Shown here: one piece after another, positions 1 through 11,261 of the stretch | Numbering within the stretch: position 1 is the first letter of the stretch | Layout of the letters: every line of letters begins with the position of its first letter | NCBI GenBank assembly: GCA_038087875.1 | Contig: JAXLNO010000658.1 | Span: 1 to 43,242 of the forward strand | Source of the DNA: Malacoraja senta | Taxonomy: Eukaryota | Length of the DNA: 43,242 nt | Reading direction: 5' to 3' | Notes under the pieces: model-generated | What the model was told of the DNA's origin: nothing | The model's input: the letters and a program-made list of their open reading frames with translations, nothing else | Database searches by the model: none | Made by a program: the position numbers and the translations under genes

Positions 1-387
1 TGCTTCTCAGTCCAGAAAGTAACCAGAGATGCAGTGAGATCACATTTTTTGACATTGGGGAAATAAAATTTAAAAGGGATTATGATCCCACCAATCTAGA
101 GAAATTAACTTAAATTTTAGATTCATCTTTAAAATCTCCCATACTGTTTACAGCTTGAGAACAGAAATGAATAATGCATTTAATGAAGATCGACACAAAA
201 TGCTGGAGTAGCTCGGCGAGTGACCCCACTGGGCCTAGCATTGGTATATCTGTCTTTCATGGTGTGTCTATCATTAGTGTAAACCAGCATCTGCAATTCA
301 TTTTTAATAAATTTAGTGAGTAAAATGTAGTTTAAAAATGTCGGAGGCTGCTGTAACGGGCGTTTGCGGCCAGCTGTAGCTGGGAAC

Positions 388-815
388 ATTTGACAGCATT
401 GGGCCTCTACTCGCTGGAGTTTGGAAGGTTGAGGGGGTCCTCATTGAAACTTACAGAATAATGAAAGGCATAGATAGAGTGGATGTGGAATGAATATTTC
501 CACTGGTTGGAGAGTCTAGGACCAGAGGTCATAACCTCAGAATTAAAGGGAAAAGTTATTTTCAAAAGGAGGTGAGGCGGAACCTCTTTAGTCAGAGGGT
601 CATTAATCTGTGAAATTCATTGACACAGAGGGTTGTGGAGGCCGTCAGTGGATATTTTTAAGGCAGAGATGGACAAAATCTTGATTAGAACATGTGTCAA
701 GGGTAATGGGGAGAAGGCAGGAAAATGGGATTAGGAGGCAGAGATTAGCCATGATTCAATGGTGGGGTAGACCCGATGGGCCAAACGACCTAATTCTACT
801 CCTATAAACTTGTGA
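388..815 (+). mobile_element. CR1 LINE 3' fragment (RT C-terminus + 3' UTR)
   Basis: Degenerate 'LGLYSLEF.RLRG.L.E.Y.I..G.D' coding remnant, followed by a 3' UTR similar to the copy at 39257-39520. Confidence 0.85.
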
Positions 816-1461
816 ATTTATGACTGTAAAATGGTGCCTCTTGCTTAGGGACTCAGTCGGCTATTCTGTGCATACCGTACTGACCGGGTTGATTGGGCGT
901 ATCTGCAAGGATAATCTTGCTGAGCTGTATGTAAACAATATATTTCACTTGGTACAGGTGACAATAAAGAATCCATTGACCATTGAAGGAAGAACATCTG
1001 TCATTGAAGCAGAAACAGGGGTAAAGAATGGGCCAAAGTGTGATTGGAACAGAGAATGTTTCTGGCATCTCAACATGGCAACCACAGTTGTTACCTATGT
1101 GAGTTTTGATTGAAATACTTAGAAGAAACAAGCGTGTTCAAAGGAGAAGTGGTGCAAAGTGTGAATAAATTCAGCTGCATGAAGGAGATTGCTGGTGGAT
1201 GGGGACGGATTCAGGGAAGAAGCAGCCTGGACTTCTGGACATTCTGGACTTGCATTGAATTTAACAATTCAGATTACCGCCATGGTCCCCATATTTTTGT
1301 TTGGAAGCTGTTATTAAGACAAGATAATCTTTATTACATTTCCAACTTATGGAAAGTGAGCTGAAACTCCATTTCCCCTCTGCAGATGACACCTGTACTG
1401 ATTGCTTTAAACATCTTTACAGTCAATATATTGAAAAAAATGAATTTGATTTAATTAAAAG

Positions 1462-1595
1462 GTTCAGTCCGAAAAACGGTCTGGAACCAAAACGTCACCT
1501 ATCCATGTACTCCAAAGATGCTGCCTGACCCGCTGAGTTACTTTAGCGCTTTGCGTCCTTTTGTGTAAACCAGCATCTGCAGTTCCTTGTTCCTA
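1462..1595 (+). mobile_element. Penelope-like terminal repeat fragment with degenerate hammerhead-like core
   Basis: 'cagtccgaaaaacggtctggaaccaaaacgtcacc...gatgctgcctgacccgctgagttac...ccagcatctgcagttcc' matches the repeat that follows GIY-YIG ORFs elsewhere in the window. Confidence 0.7.
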
Positions 1596-2756
1596 TTTAA
1601 TTTGTTGTCTTATGGGTACTTGGCTTACATGAGGGATTGTTTACTTTTAATGCTAGTATTAATTATATAGCAGGTAGAAAAAATGGAAATAACTTGGTTC
1701 TAAGAAATCTAGAAGGTACGTTGACGTTCAGTTCCTCACCATTAGTGAAATGAATGCTTTTGTTCTGCTTAAAATCTTATGGCAAACTGAAAAACTGAAC
1801 AATTTTAACAAGATTGGGAGCCAATGAAGGAGGAAGGCTAAAAGCTACTGATAATAGCAGAAGTTGAATAAGAAGACAGGAGTCTGGTCACTAAAAGATC
1901 TTGAATATGGACTGATCACCCTGTGGAAAAGGAATGTTATTAATGGAACCAAAGGGGTCCAGCACAAAATAAGGTAAGAAAATAGAGGAAATTAGAAAAT
2001 AAAGTACACACTGCAGATAAAACTTGTAGTTTGTCTAACCATCCTGAAAGGTGGATGTGTAAAGGGAGAAAATGCTCCGGGTCAAGCAGCTAGAAAAAGC
2101 TGCTTGACCCGGAGATAGAAAAAGTTAACTTTTTCAGGTACAAGACCCTGTGGAAATAACTCTTTTACTTTATGCAAAAATGGGGTGATTTTAAGTTGTT
2201 GAGAAGGTGACAGGATGAGTGGATAAGACAAAGGAATATCTATGTGCAAGAAATAACTGCAGATGCCGGTTTAAATGGAAGGTAGACACAAAAAAACATT
2301 GTTGCTGCAGAGTGAGTGGAGGGCTGTACGTTCGGGGGGGGGGGAGAACATTTTGTGTCTACTAAGGAATATCTATGGTCGGGTGAGACAAGGGTAAATG
2401 GGACAATGGGGCAGTTAGAGGCTGATTACTGGAGCCAGGATTTTGCCATAAATGCCATGTGCCTTTGCATGCCTTTTTTAATGATTTCACCAGGATAATG
2501 CCCTTTTCACGATCGAGTGCCTAAATCAGCCTTTTTTTGCCATTTTGCTTAAAGGTCGTGCTATTTTCTCCAGTTGTACCGTGATTACAATGACGTTTTG
2601 TATGTTAACACGTTAATATTAATGTTATTATTAATGTGTTAACATAGTATAACTTAGAAGAAAATTTCCACCACCGGGGCGAAACCGGGGGCGCCACCGT
2701 CGGTCGTTCATTCGTTCGTGCTGCTGCCCGCTGGTTCAGTCTTCTCCAAGATCTAT

Positions 2757-3030
2757 TTAAGAAAGAACTGCAGATGCTGTAAAAATCGAAGGTAGACAAA
2801 AAATGCTGGAGAAACTCAGCGGGTGAGGCAGCATCTATGGAGAGAAGGAATAGGCAACATTTTGGGTCAAGACCCTTCTTCAGACTGATGTGGGGGGGGG
2901 GAAGAAAGAGAGGCGGAGACAGTAGGACTAGAAGGAGGGCTGGGAAGGGGGAGGGGGAGAAGCCAAGGGCTATCTAAACTTAGAGGTCAATGTTGATACT
3001 GCAGGGGTGTAGACTACCCAAGCGGAATAC
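2757..3030 (-). mobile_element. Penelope-like 3' fragment inserted in the hAT element
   Basis: Reverse complement matches the end of the GIY-YIG region, the CTGAAGA core and the terminal repeat seen at 12200-12451. Confidence 0.8.
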
Positions 3031-3083
3031 CCAAGCTTGTCTCCTCACTACATTTACTGCTGGCTCCAGTCGCAAATCTGAGT

Positions 3084-4280
3084 TTGAGTGATCTGTGCAA
3101 GGCATTCATTGATGCTGGAATTCCACTGTGGAAATTGGAAAATAAATCTCTCAGAGGTTTTTTAGAGAAATACACAGAGGAACATATACCGAGTGAGTCA
3201 TCATCACGGAAAAATTATGTTGACAGCAACTTCAACATGATTGTGCAGAAAATTAGAGATGAAGTTGCATGCAACAAAATATGGATCTCAATAGATGAGA
3301 CATCCGATGCTGTGGGGAGATATGTTGCCAATGTGGTCATCGGTACACTGGAGGCAGGTCAACCATCAAAGGAGTATTTGTTGACATCAGAAGTATTGCA
3401 GATGTCACGCAGCTCAACTACTGTTCAGTTGTTTACATCTTCACTTGCTGTACTTTGGCCAGAAGGTAGAAAACATAAGAATGTTCTTCTGTTTGTGACT
3501 GATGCAGCTTTGTACATGAAAAAAGCTGCTCATGCTCTTAAAGTTTTATTCCCCAAAATGTTGAATTTGACATGCTTATCTCATAAACTCCATAGAATTG
3601 CCAAGCACATACGTAGCTTGTTTCCAAATGTCGATTGCCTAGTTTCCAATGTCAAGAAAATCTTCCTCAAAGCACCGTCACGTGTGCAGTTGTTCAAGGA
3701 AATGGCTCCCGAGATTCCGCTACCTCCTCAGCCTGTTTTGACTAGGTGGGGTACATGGCTCTCTGCTGTACTCTACAATGCTGCAAATTTTGAAAAGATA
3801 AAATAATCCGTCAACTGTTTTGAAGAAGAAGGATATGCTACAGTCAGGATCGTCAGTGAAATCATGTAAAAAAAGTTCCCCCACCGCGATCTTGTTTTTA
3901 TTGCTTCCAATTTTGCAAAGTTCCCACAAGCTATCACTTGCCTTGAAAAACATGGCGAAACATTAGTGAATAACTTGCAGGTTTTCAACAACGTAACTGA
4001 CGATATTCGTAAAGTTCCTGGCGATGTAGGTAAAGACATACAATGAAAATGCGAGAGAATGATTTTAGCTAACAAAGATCTTGAAGAAATACAAAACATA
4101 GCTAAAGTACTCAAAGGTAGTTGTAATACACAAGATATCGACATGAATATAGAGTCTGCAGCTTGTTTCGGGTATGCACCAGTGACCTCAGCTGAGGTAG
4201 AAAGATGTTTTTCGCAACTGAAGCATATTCTGTCTGACAGACGACATAGTTTAACACCAGATAATTTGAAAAACAATGCT
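3084..4280 (+). pseudogene. hAT transposase pseudogene
   Basis: Motifs IWISIDETSD, LFVTDAA, TCLSHKLH, TRWGTW and PVTSAEVERCFS (hAT DDE/CxxH/RW/dimerization pattern); broken by stops from 3804 onward; N-terminus missing. Confidence 0.88.
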
Positions 4281-4599
4281 AGTAATTATGTGCAACCAGG
4301 CAACTTGGGTCATTTAATGTAGTATACCTTTATATTATCATTTTTAACCATATTTTGGTGGTGGAAATATTTGCCTGTTTTTTGTCAATGCCTTTTTTGT
4401 GCCTTTTTTGTAATTTTATTATGCCTTTTTGCCTTCCTATTTCAGAGTTTTTTAGTGCCTAAACATCTTGGCTCTACTGATTACACTTCTTTGACCATTT
4501 TGTGTCACTTATATCTGGGCTGGAGGATCCAGCAAGTCAAACTGTACTAATTGGGATGAGAAAACTGTGTCAGCAACAAAGATGAATAACCAGATATGA

Positions 4600-4925
4600 T
4601 ACAGAGTGCATTACCTAAAGTTGGAGAATTTGATATTAAATCTTCCCAGATGGATAAATGGGGCATTTTTCCTTAAGCTAGGTTAGAACCTCCTTGCAAC
4701 AGCACACAGGCCATAGATAGGTCTGAGTGGAAGTGTGATGAATAGTTAAAAAGTTGGGAAAAAATAAGTTTGGTGTCACTTCAGTGGAATGATCGTGTGT
4801 GCTCGACAAAGTCATCATCTAATCAACACTTGGTGTCTCCAGAGGAGACCATACTATGAGCAGTGAATGCAGTAAACTAGATTGGAAGAAGTGTAATTGA
4901 ATTGTTGCTTCACCTGGAAAGACCA
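4600..4925 (-). mobile_element. Old Penelope-like GIY-YIG remnant
   Basis: Reverse complement resembles 'tctttccaggtgaagca...ttcacctgcacttcttccaatctagtttactgcattcactgctc' of the younger copies. Confidence 0.6.
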
Positions 4926-5519
4926 GGCATGGAAATCGCTATCAAAATATGGAGGGGACCGGGGGACAGGGGGGACACAATTTCTTGGCGGCCGCGCGCG
5001 CATGCACACTCACACACACAGGCGTGAGGCTTCGGAGGCTCAATCCAGCGCTAAATGCAGCTCAACTCTGCCTGTCTCGCCTGGACTGACGGGACACCAA
5101 CGCTGCTTCTCTGCGCTGACCGTAAGCCTGGGCCATATTTCCCGCAAGTCCAGGCAGGGCTGTAGGTTAACCTGGCGGGACAGGCAGAGTTGAGCTGGGA
5201 TTAGCGCTGCTTGTCTGCACTGGCTGTGGGCCTGGGGGCGGGCACCGCGCCCGTCTGACTCCCGATGTCTCTGGCCACCTTGGGCGTGGGGGGGGGGCAC
5301 TCGGGTGGGGTCGGGACACGCCGGAGAGCCGGGATCTGTCCTTGCTGCGGATGAGGCGCAGGCCTGTGCAGAGAGTGTTTTGGCACGTCTCCCTCCTCCA
5401 ATCACCGCGCTGAATCATCATGTCCCGCCCACATTGCCTGCTGACCGATGTCTCTCTCGTCCAATCAGCGCCCTCGATCAGCAGTCCCACCCCCACTGTC
5501 TCGCGGAAAGCGGAGATTT

Positions 5520-5900
5520 CACCGGTTGTTTTAATAGTATGTGTTAAATGTATGTTTTCAGTGTTCTTTAGTTTGTTTTATGTGGGGGTTGGGGGGAGGG
5601 GGGGAAACTTTGTTTTAATCTCTTACCTCGATGGAGATGCGATTTGTTTCCGTATTGTATCCGTCCGCACTGTGGCCTAACATCGTGGAGTTCGCGACCT
5701 CTGCTGGAGTTGCCGACCTCTTCGGGAGCTCCATCCGTTGGAATTTAACATTGTAGTGCTAGCGGTTTCTGGTTAGAGACCAACTTCGGGAGCTCCATGC
5801 CTCAGGACTTTCTATCACCCAGAAGCGGGAGCTTCAATCACCGGCTGCGGGAGCTTTGATCGCCCCGATGGATGGTTCGACTGCCCTGACCGCGGAAGAA
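5520..5900 (+). mobile_element. Unclassified non-autonomous retroelement fragment (same family as 15240-16005)
   Basis: Shared blocks 'tatgtgttaa..ttgttttatgtggg..gggggaaactt..aatctcttacct..ggagatgcgatt..gcctaacatc.tggag'. Confidence 0.6.
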
Positions 5901-5904
5901 TAAA

Positions 5905-6463
5905 GCGCACCTGGAGTATTGTGTGCAATTTTGGTCTCCTAATTTGAGGAAGGATATTATTGCTATTGAGGGAGTGCAGTGTAGGTTCACCAGGTTAATT
6001 CCCGGTATGACGTGACTGACATATAATGAAAAAATGGGTCGACTGGGCTTGTATTCATTGGAATTTAGTAGGAAGAAAGGGGATCTTAAGCAAAACATTT
6101 GGACAGGCTAGATGCGGGAAAACTGTTCCTGATGTTGGGGGAGTCCAGAACCAGGGTTCACAGTTTAAGAATAAGGGGTAGGCCATTTAGGACTGTGATC
6201 AGGAAAAACCTTTTCACCCAGAGAGTTGTGAATCTGTGGAATTCTCTGCCACAGAAGGCAGTGGAGGCCAATTCACTGGATGTTTTCAAGAGAGAGTTAG
6301 ATTTAGCTCTTAGGGCTAAAGGAATGAAAGGATATGGGGAAAAAGCAGGAATGAGGTACTGATTTTAGATGATCAGCCATGATCATAATGAATGGCGGTG
6401 CTAGCTTGAAGGGCCGAATAGCCTGCTCCTGCACCTATTTTTTCTATGTTTCTATGTTTCTAT
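5905..6463 (+). mobile_element. CR1 LINE 3' fragment with (TTTCTATG)n tail
   Basis: HLEYCVQFWSP...QRVVNLWNSLP; 8-bp repeat tail tttctatgtttctatgtttctatg. Confidence 0.92.
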
Positions 6464-7892
6464 GCTCTCTACCTTGGCTCCTATCTGTGTGGGCTTTGCA
6501 CATTCTCCCTGAAACCACAGTAGCATCTGCCAAAGGTTGATGGCTTCGCTGCTCCTTCAAAGAAGTGCTGGTAGGTCAATTGGCTATTGTAAATAGAGCC
6601 TTAATTCGAGTAAATTTAAAAAATAGAACAAAAGGGAAGCGAATAGGTGCATGAGAGAGGAAAGGTTGTGGGATTCAAGTTACAGGGGAAACAGAGAGCA
6701 GAAATGGAACATGGTATGGAACAAATTTTATTTGTTACGTACCGAGGTACGGCGAAATTCATTTTTGTATACAGTTCAGTACGTATCACAGTACATATGC
6801 ACTTAGATACACATATTATTAGATGGGCATCTCAGATACAGAACAAATGTATTGCAGTAGTACACTGAGACAGTATACAGTCACCAGTTTGGCACTATCT
6901 TGAAGTCCCAGTTGTTGTAAGTGCTGGGTTCTTGATCTGACCATGACGGTCCATTGTCCTGGGATTGTGCTGTTGGGATCTGGCATGGAATCAATGGGTT
7001 GAATGTGTCATAATATGTAACAAGAAACAAGAAACTGTCTTGAGGTGTCATGTCTAACGTGCAAATAGGGAAATATGCACTGCGGAAATGTGGCAGGAAA
7101 AGTAACTTTCCATTATCAGAAAATTGAACGAGAATGATAAGAAAAAAAACCTGTTAATGCCAGGCTGTTCTCTACATTTAAAATGCATTAATTGCCGTTC
7201 TGAGAAAATCAACATCAGATTTTTGCTTCCCTTCCCAGTACAATTTCCCCCGCTGGCTCAAGGTACAAAAGTTGCATTACCTTGCCAGTTAAATTTATTT
7301 AAATTATATTAACACATTGGCAAATTTCTCGGCAGATTTTCTGCTAAACATAAATTTATACACCCCAAAATGTTCACATATCTTAATTTTTTAACCTTAG
7401 CTTTAATTTCTCAGATGTAAATGCATTGATATTGATCTATGTGGATAGAAGAGATGTCTATTTTCATAAAGGTTACCTTGACTGTGATAGAAGGAGTAGG
7501 GTGGTTTCTTGCGCAATATGCACCTGGCTCCCATGGTGCCTGTATGAGATGGGTATAAAGAAACAACACAGATATGAGCTCTCATAAATATCACAGTGGG
7601 ATCGAGTTGACTGGGAGTTCAGGTCATCTTGGTTTCACAGTTTGAAAATGACAACCAGTTAACAACCAATTTTTAAGCCTTCCTTACTCTCTTGAATTTA
7701 AATATGTGCATTGTTAAAGAAGTTGTAAGTATCCTGCTAAGAGGTTTTCAAAAGTCATGTCTCTCTCTGAAATTGAATCAGACCGTCACAAACTTGGTAC
7801 CATATTTGATCCCAGGATGAGGATCTGACTAAATATCCTTACCCGTGCTATAATTATTTATTTCTCTCCATCCCTTCCTTGGCACATTTGCC

Positions 7893-8196
7893 TTTAGACA
7901 TTTGCTTTAAAGATACATTGTGGAAACAGGCACTTTGGCCCACTGACTCTGCGCCAACCAGCGATCACCTCCTACACTAACACTATCCTACATACCAGGG
8001 ACAATTTTTACAATTTACAGAAGCCAATTAACCTACAGACTTGTGTGTCTTTGGAGTATGGGAGGAAACCGGAGCACCCAGAGAAAACCTATGTGGTCAC
8101 AGGGAGAATGTACAAACTCACGATCAAACCCCGGGATTGAACCCACGTCTTTGGCACTGTTAGGCAGCAGCTCTACCACCATGCCACTGTGCCGCC
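7893..8196 (-). mobile_element. tRNA-derived SINE, HE1-like
   Basis: Reverse strand reads ggcggcacagtgg..gtagagctgctgcc..gggttcaatcc (A/B boxes), then a conserved core and a CR1-type tail. Confidence 0.85.
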
Positions 8197-8349
8197 ACTG
8201 AAACCCTTTTTCATGCCTTTTACCTGACACTACAAGGCTCTCCTGGCCAACTCCTGTGCATTAATTTAAGCCATTCAAAACTCTGCTCTTTTCCAACATC
8301 CCAGACCTGAGATTAGAGTCAGTGTGGCAGCCTTGCAAGGCCACATACA

Positions 8350-8735
8350 GTCATAGAATCACGGAGATATACAGCACAGAAACAGGCCCGTCGGCCCAAC
8401 TCATCAATGCCAACCAAGATGTCCCATCTAAGCTAATCCCAATTTGCCTGCATTTGGCTCAAATCCTTTTAAACCTTTCCTATCCATGTACGTGTCTAGG
8501 TGCCATTTAAAAGCTGCAATATTACTTGCCTCAACTACTTTCTCCTCCATGCTCTGAGTGAAAAGGTTACCAATCAGATATTTGTTAAATCTTGTTCCTT
8601 TGACCTTAAAGCTATGGCCTCTGGTTTTTGATTCCCCTACCGTGGGTAAAAGCCTCTCTGCATTCACTCTATCTATTGCCCCCATGGGTTTATACATCTC
8701 TATAAAACCACCCCTCAGCTTCCTGTGCTCCAAGG
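8350..8735 (-). mobile_element. CR1 LINE 3' fragment
   Basis: ORF 8428-8883 contains LEHRKLRGGFIEMYK...TRGHSFKV...FTQ. Confidence 0.85.
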
Positions 8736-9022
8736 CATACATTTTCACTTTACTGCAGCCTTGAAAATTTGGAGGCAGTTTAAGTTTATTTTCTGATAAT
8801 AGTAGTAGCCAAGATATTTCTCCAGTGGAGACTGACCAGTGGTGTTGCAACTGAGTGCCAAGGGGAAATGGGGAGACGTCCACAGAAGGGTCTCAACACA
8901 AAACGTCACCCATTCCTTCTCCCCAGAGGTGCTGCCTATCCCGCTGAGTTAATCCAGCTTTTTGTGTCTATCCACATGAGTGAGATGGTCTCATTAGGTC
9001 CTGGTGAGGCAGAGACAATCCT

Positions 9023-9024
9023 TT

Positions 9025-9055
<31 letters not shown>

Positions 9056-9368
9056 AAAATTTATTTATTAGAAGTACATTACATTACAACCACATACATT
9101 AGTACTCGTCACTTATGTCTTCTTACAATTAATGTACTCCGTTTGTTTTTTACACCAGTAAAAGGAAAGGATAAGATTGAAAGAAAGATGAAAGTGAAGG
9201 AAAAAGTGAGAGTGTAGAAAATGTGACAACAAAAAAGGACGAAGACCCTATAAGAACAAAATTAAAAACAAAAGAAAAAGAGTTAAGAAATACACCCTAG
9301 AAAAGAAGGAGAAAGAGAAAGAGGAAAAAGAGAGAAACAAATATTTTTTATGAGCATTATGCAAATGG
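9023..9368 (-). mobile_element. 5'-truncated L1-like 3' end with A-rich tail
   Basis: AATAAA plus poly(A)-like tail on the minus strand; 9-bp TSD gacaatcct at 9014-9022 and 9369-9377; pyrimidine-rich 3' UTR. Confidence 0.7.
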
Positions 9369-10300
9369 GACAATCCTGAGCTCAATGTTTTCCCCACTCT
9401 CACGCAAACAGTCTTCTCCTACAGTCGTCTGGCCCTTCAAATAAACTTCAGCTGACTCCACAACAAACCCATCATATAGTTGATTTCCCTGCTGCTAAAG
9501 TGAAATTAGCTGTGAATGGAACCTATTCACTGGGTTTAAAAACATAATAAGCTAATTAATGTCTGGTTAATGTTGTCAATGCTGACTCCTACTCAAATGG
9601 GTTATGAATCGAGATGAATTAACATAACTCATCTTGAATCATTGCACAAAGTCAAATTTGGACATCTTGTGAAATTATGTAAAATATTACCAGGCTTCAA
9701 TTATTGAGAGCAGTGCTTTGTTCTTTGCCTTTCCAAGAGGTTAAAGAAATATTCAATGGGTGGTTTGTGCTGATTCATAAAAAAATTAAACAATTTGAAA
9801 ATCTCGCATTGACTTGGTGTCAATTGACTTGGTGATGCAATGACAATTCTGTTGATTTTTCGAATTTAGATGATTGACCTGTAAGAGAAAGTTTCACTGT
9901 CTTTGAATGTGAAATTAATTGAAATAACTCAACATTGCCTTTTGCTCTGCCCACAAGCTCAAACAGATAACAAATGCCTGAATGGTTGTCTCACTTGACT
10001 GACTAAAAATTAAATGCCTTTGTCTCCTTTCAATAATTAAATGCTTGGAAGGAATTGGGTGCAATTAACTGTTTTGTCAAAACATATTGATAATATTTGT
10101 AGTTTGAGATTTGATTTGCCAGGACCAGCAATCACGGATCACTATATCGTTGCCTATCACGTGCTGCATTTGATAGAAAAATCCCTTTTCAGATGTGCTG
10201 CCAAATGTGTTTTCCTTCTTCTCCTCAGTTGTCAGAATCATCTTGCTACAGATTTACTACTTTTCAAAACACCCTCTCCCCATGAGCAGTTCTTCTAACC

Positions 10301-10640
10301 GACGACAGCTTAGGACGACAGATGGCGCAATGGGCTAAGTGTTCGGCTGGCAACCAGAAGGTAGCCGGTTCGAATCCCGCTTGGAGTGCATACTGTCGTT
10401 GTGTCCTTGGGCAAGACACTTCACCCACCTTTGCCTGCGTGTGAATGTGTGTGAATGCGTGTGAGTGATTGGTGGTGGTCGGAGGGGCCGTAGGCGCAGA
10501 TTAGCAGCCACGCTTCCGTCAGTCTGCCCCAGCTCACCACCACCGAGTGTGACTGAGGAGTGAATGAATAATGCGATGTAAAGCGCCTTGGGTATTAGAA
10601 AGGCGCTATATAAATCCCATCCATTATTATTATTATTATT
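10301..10640 (+). mobile_element. tRNA-derived SINE with CORE-like block and L2-type tail, (ATT)n end
   Basis: A box tggcgcaatgg (10323), B box ggttcgaatcc (10367), 'gtgtccttgggcaagacact', tail 'tgtaaagcgccttg..aaaggcgctatataaat', possible TSD taacc. Confidence 0.85.
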
Positions 10641-11261
10641 AACCTCATCCTATTTCCGGCATGGAGTCCACCAGTCTTCAATCACTTTGGGATGACTGAG
10701 CATATCATTATATGTTGGTCAGATTGTTATAATCTCTCCAGTACCTGAGATGCATCACATTCAGTCCCTTTGTCCCCCTCACACGTCAGCAAAGTGGTTA
10801 TCGGTGCGTTTTTGTGGCACTTAATGTAATTGCTGATGATTGGCACTAGGTATTTGCTCTAAAAAGCTCAACCTATTTTGTTATCTGATCCTTCACTCCA
10901 CCATTGAGGCACATTTTCTGGTCATTGTATCTCAGCCTCAAGAGTTCATCTTCTGAATTTCTACTAAAATACCTGCTTCCTTACTTTTTCATTTCAAATA
11001 AAAAACATCAATAAGAAAACCTTTCTGTTATTCAATATACTTTCCTATCTACTAATCCCCTTTCTCCCTTTCTCTTTGTTGCTTTGATTTGAAAGCTCCT
11101 AAATCATCTCTCAGCAGGTAAGAACTAGTATAAAAACAGAATATTACAGAAAGGAAGCAATATCTATGGCAATTGGAGCAATTTCATTGCTTTTTTTCCC
11201 CCAGAGGCGCTGCAATTTTATTCCCCTTCAATTATTCTCCTAATGTTTTGTTTGAGTGTAA

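Larger units (their letters stand above)
2430..4476 (+). mobile_element. hAT-superfamily DNA transposon (CGGBP/DUF659-like transposase), both ends present, decayed
   Basis: TIRs tggagccaggat / atcttggctcta; 8-bp TSD ctgattac at 2422-2429 and 4477-4484; internal transposase remnant; many subterminal tgcc(t)ttt motifs. Confidence 0.9.

Noticed and set aside
820..1364. ORFs and possible exons near 958-1098 (+) and 1278-1307 (-)
   Set aside because: No recognisable product; splice signals occur on both strands with no way to discriminate
10320..10385. tRNA gene
   Set aside because: A/B boxes belong to a SINE head; no complete cloverleaf, and a SINE body and tail follow
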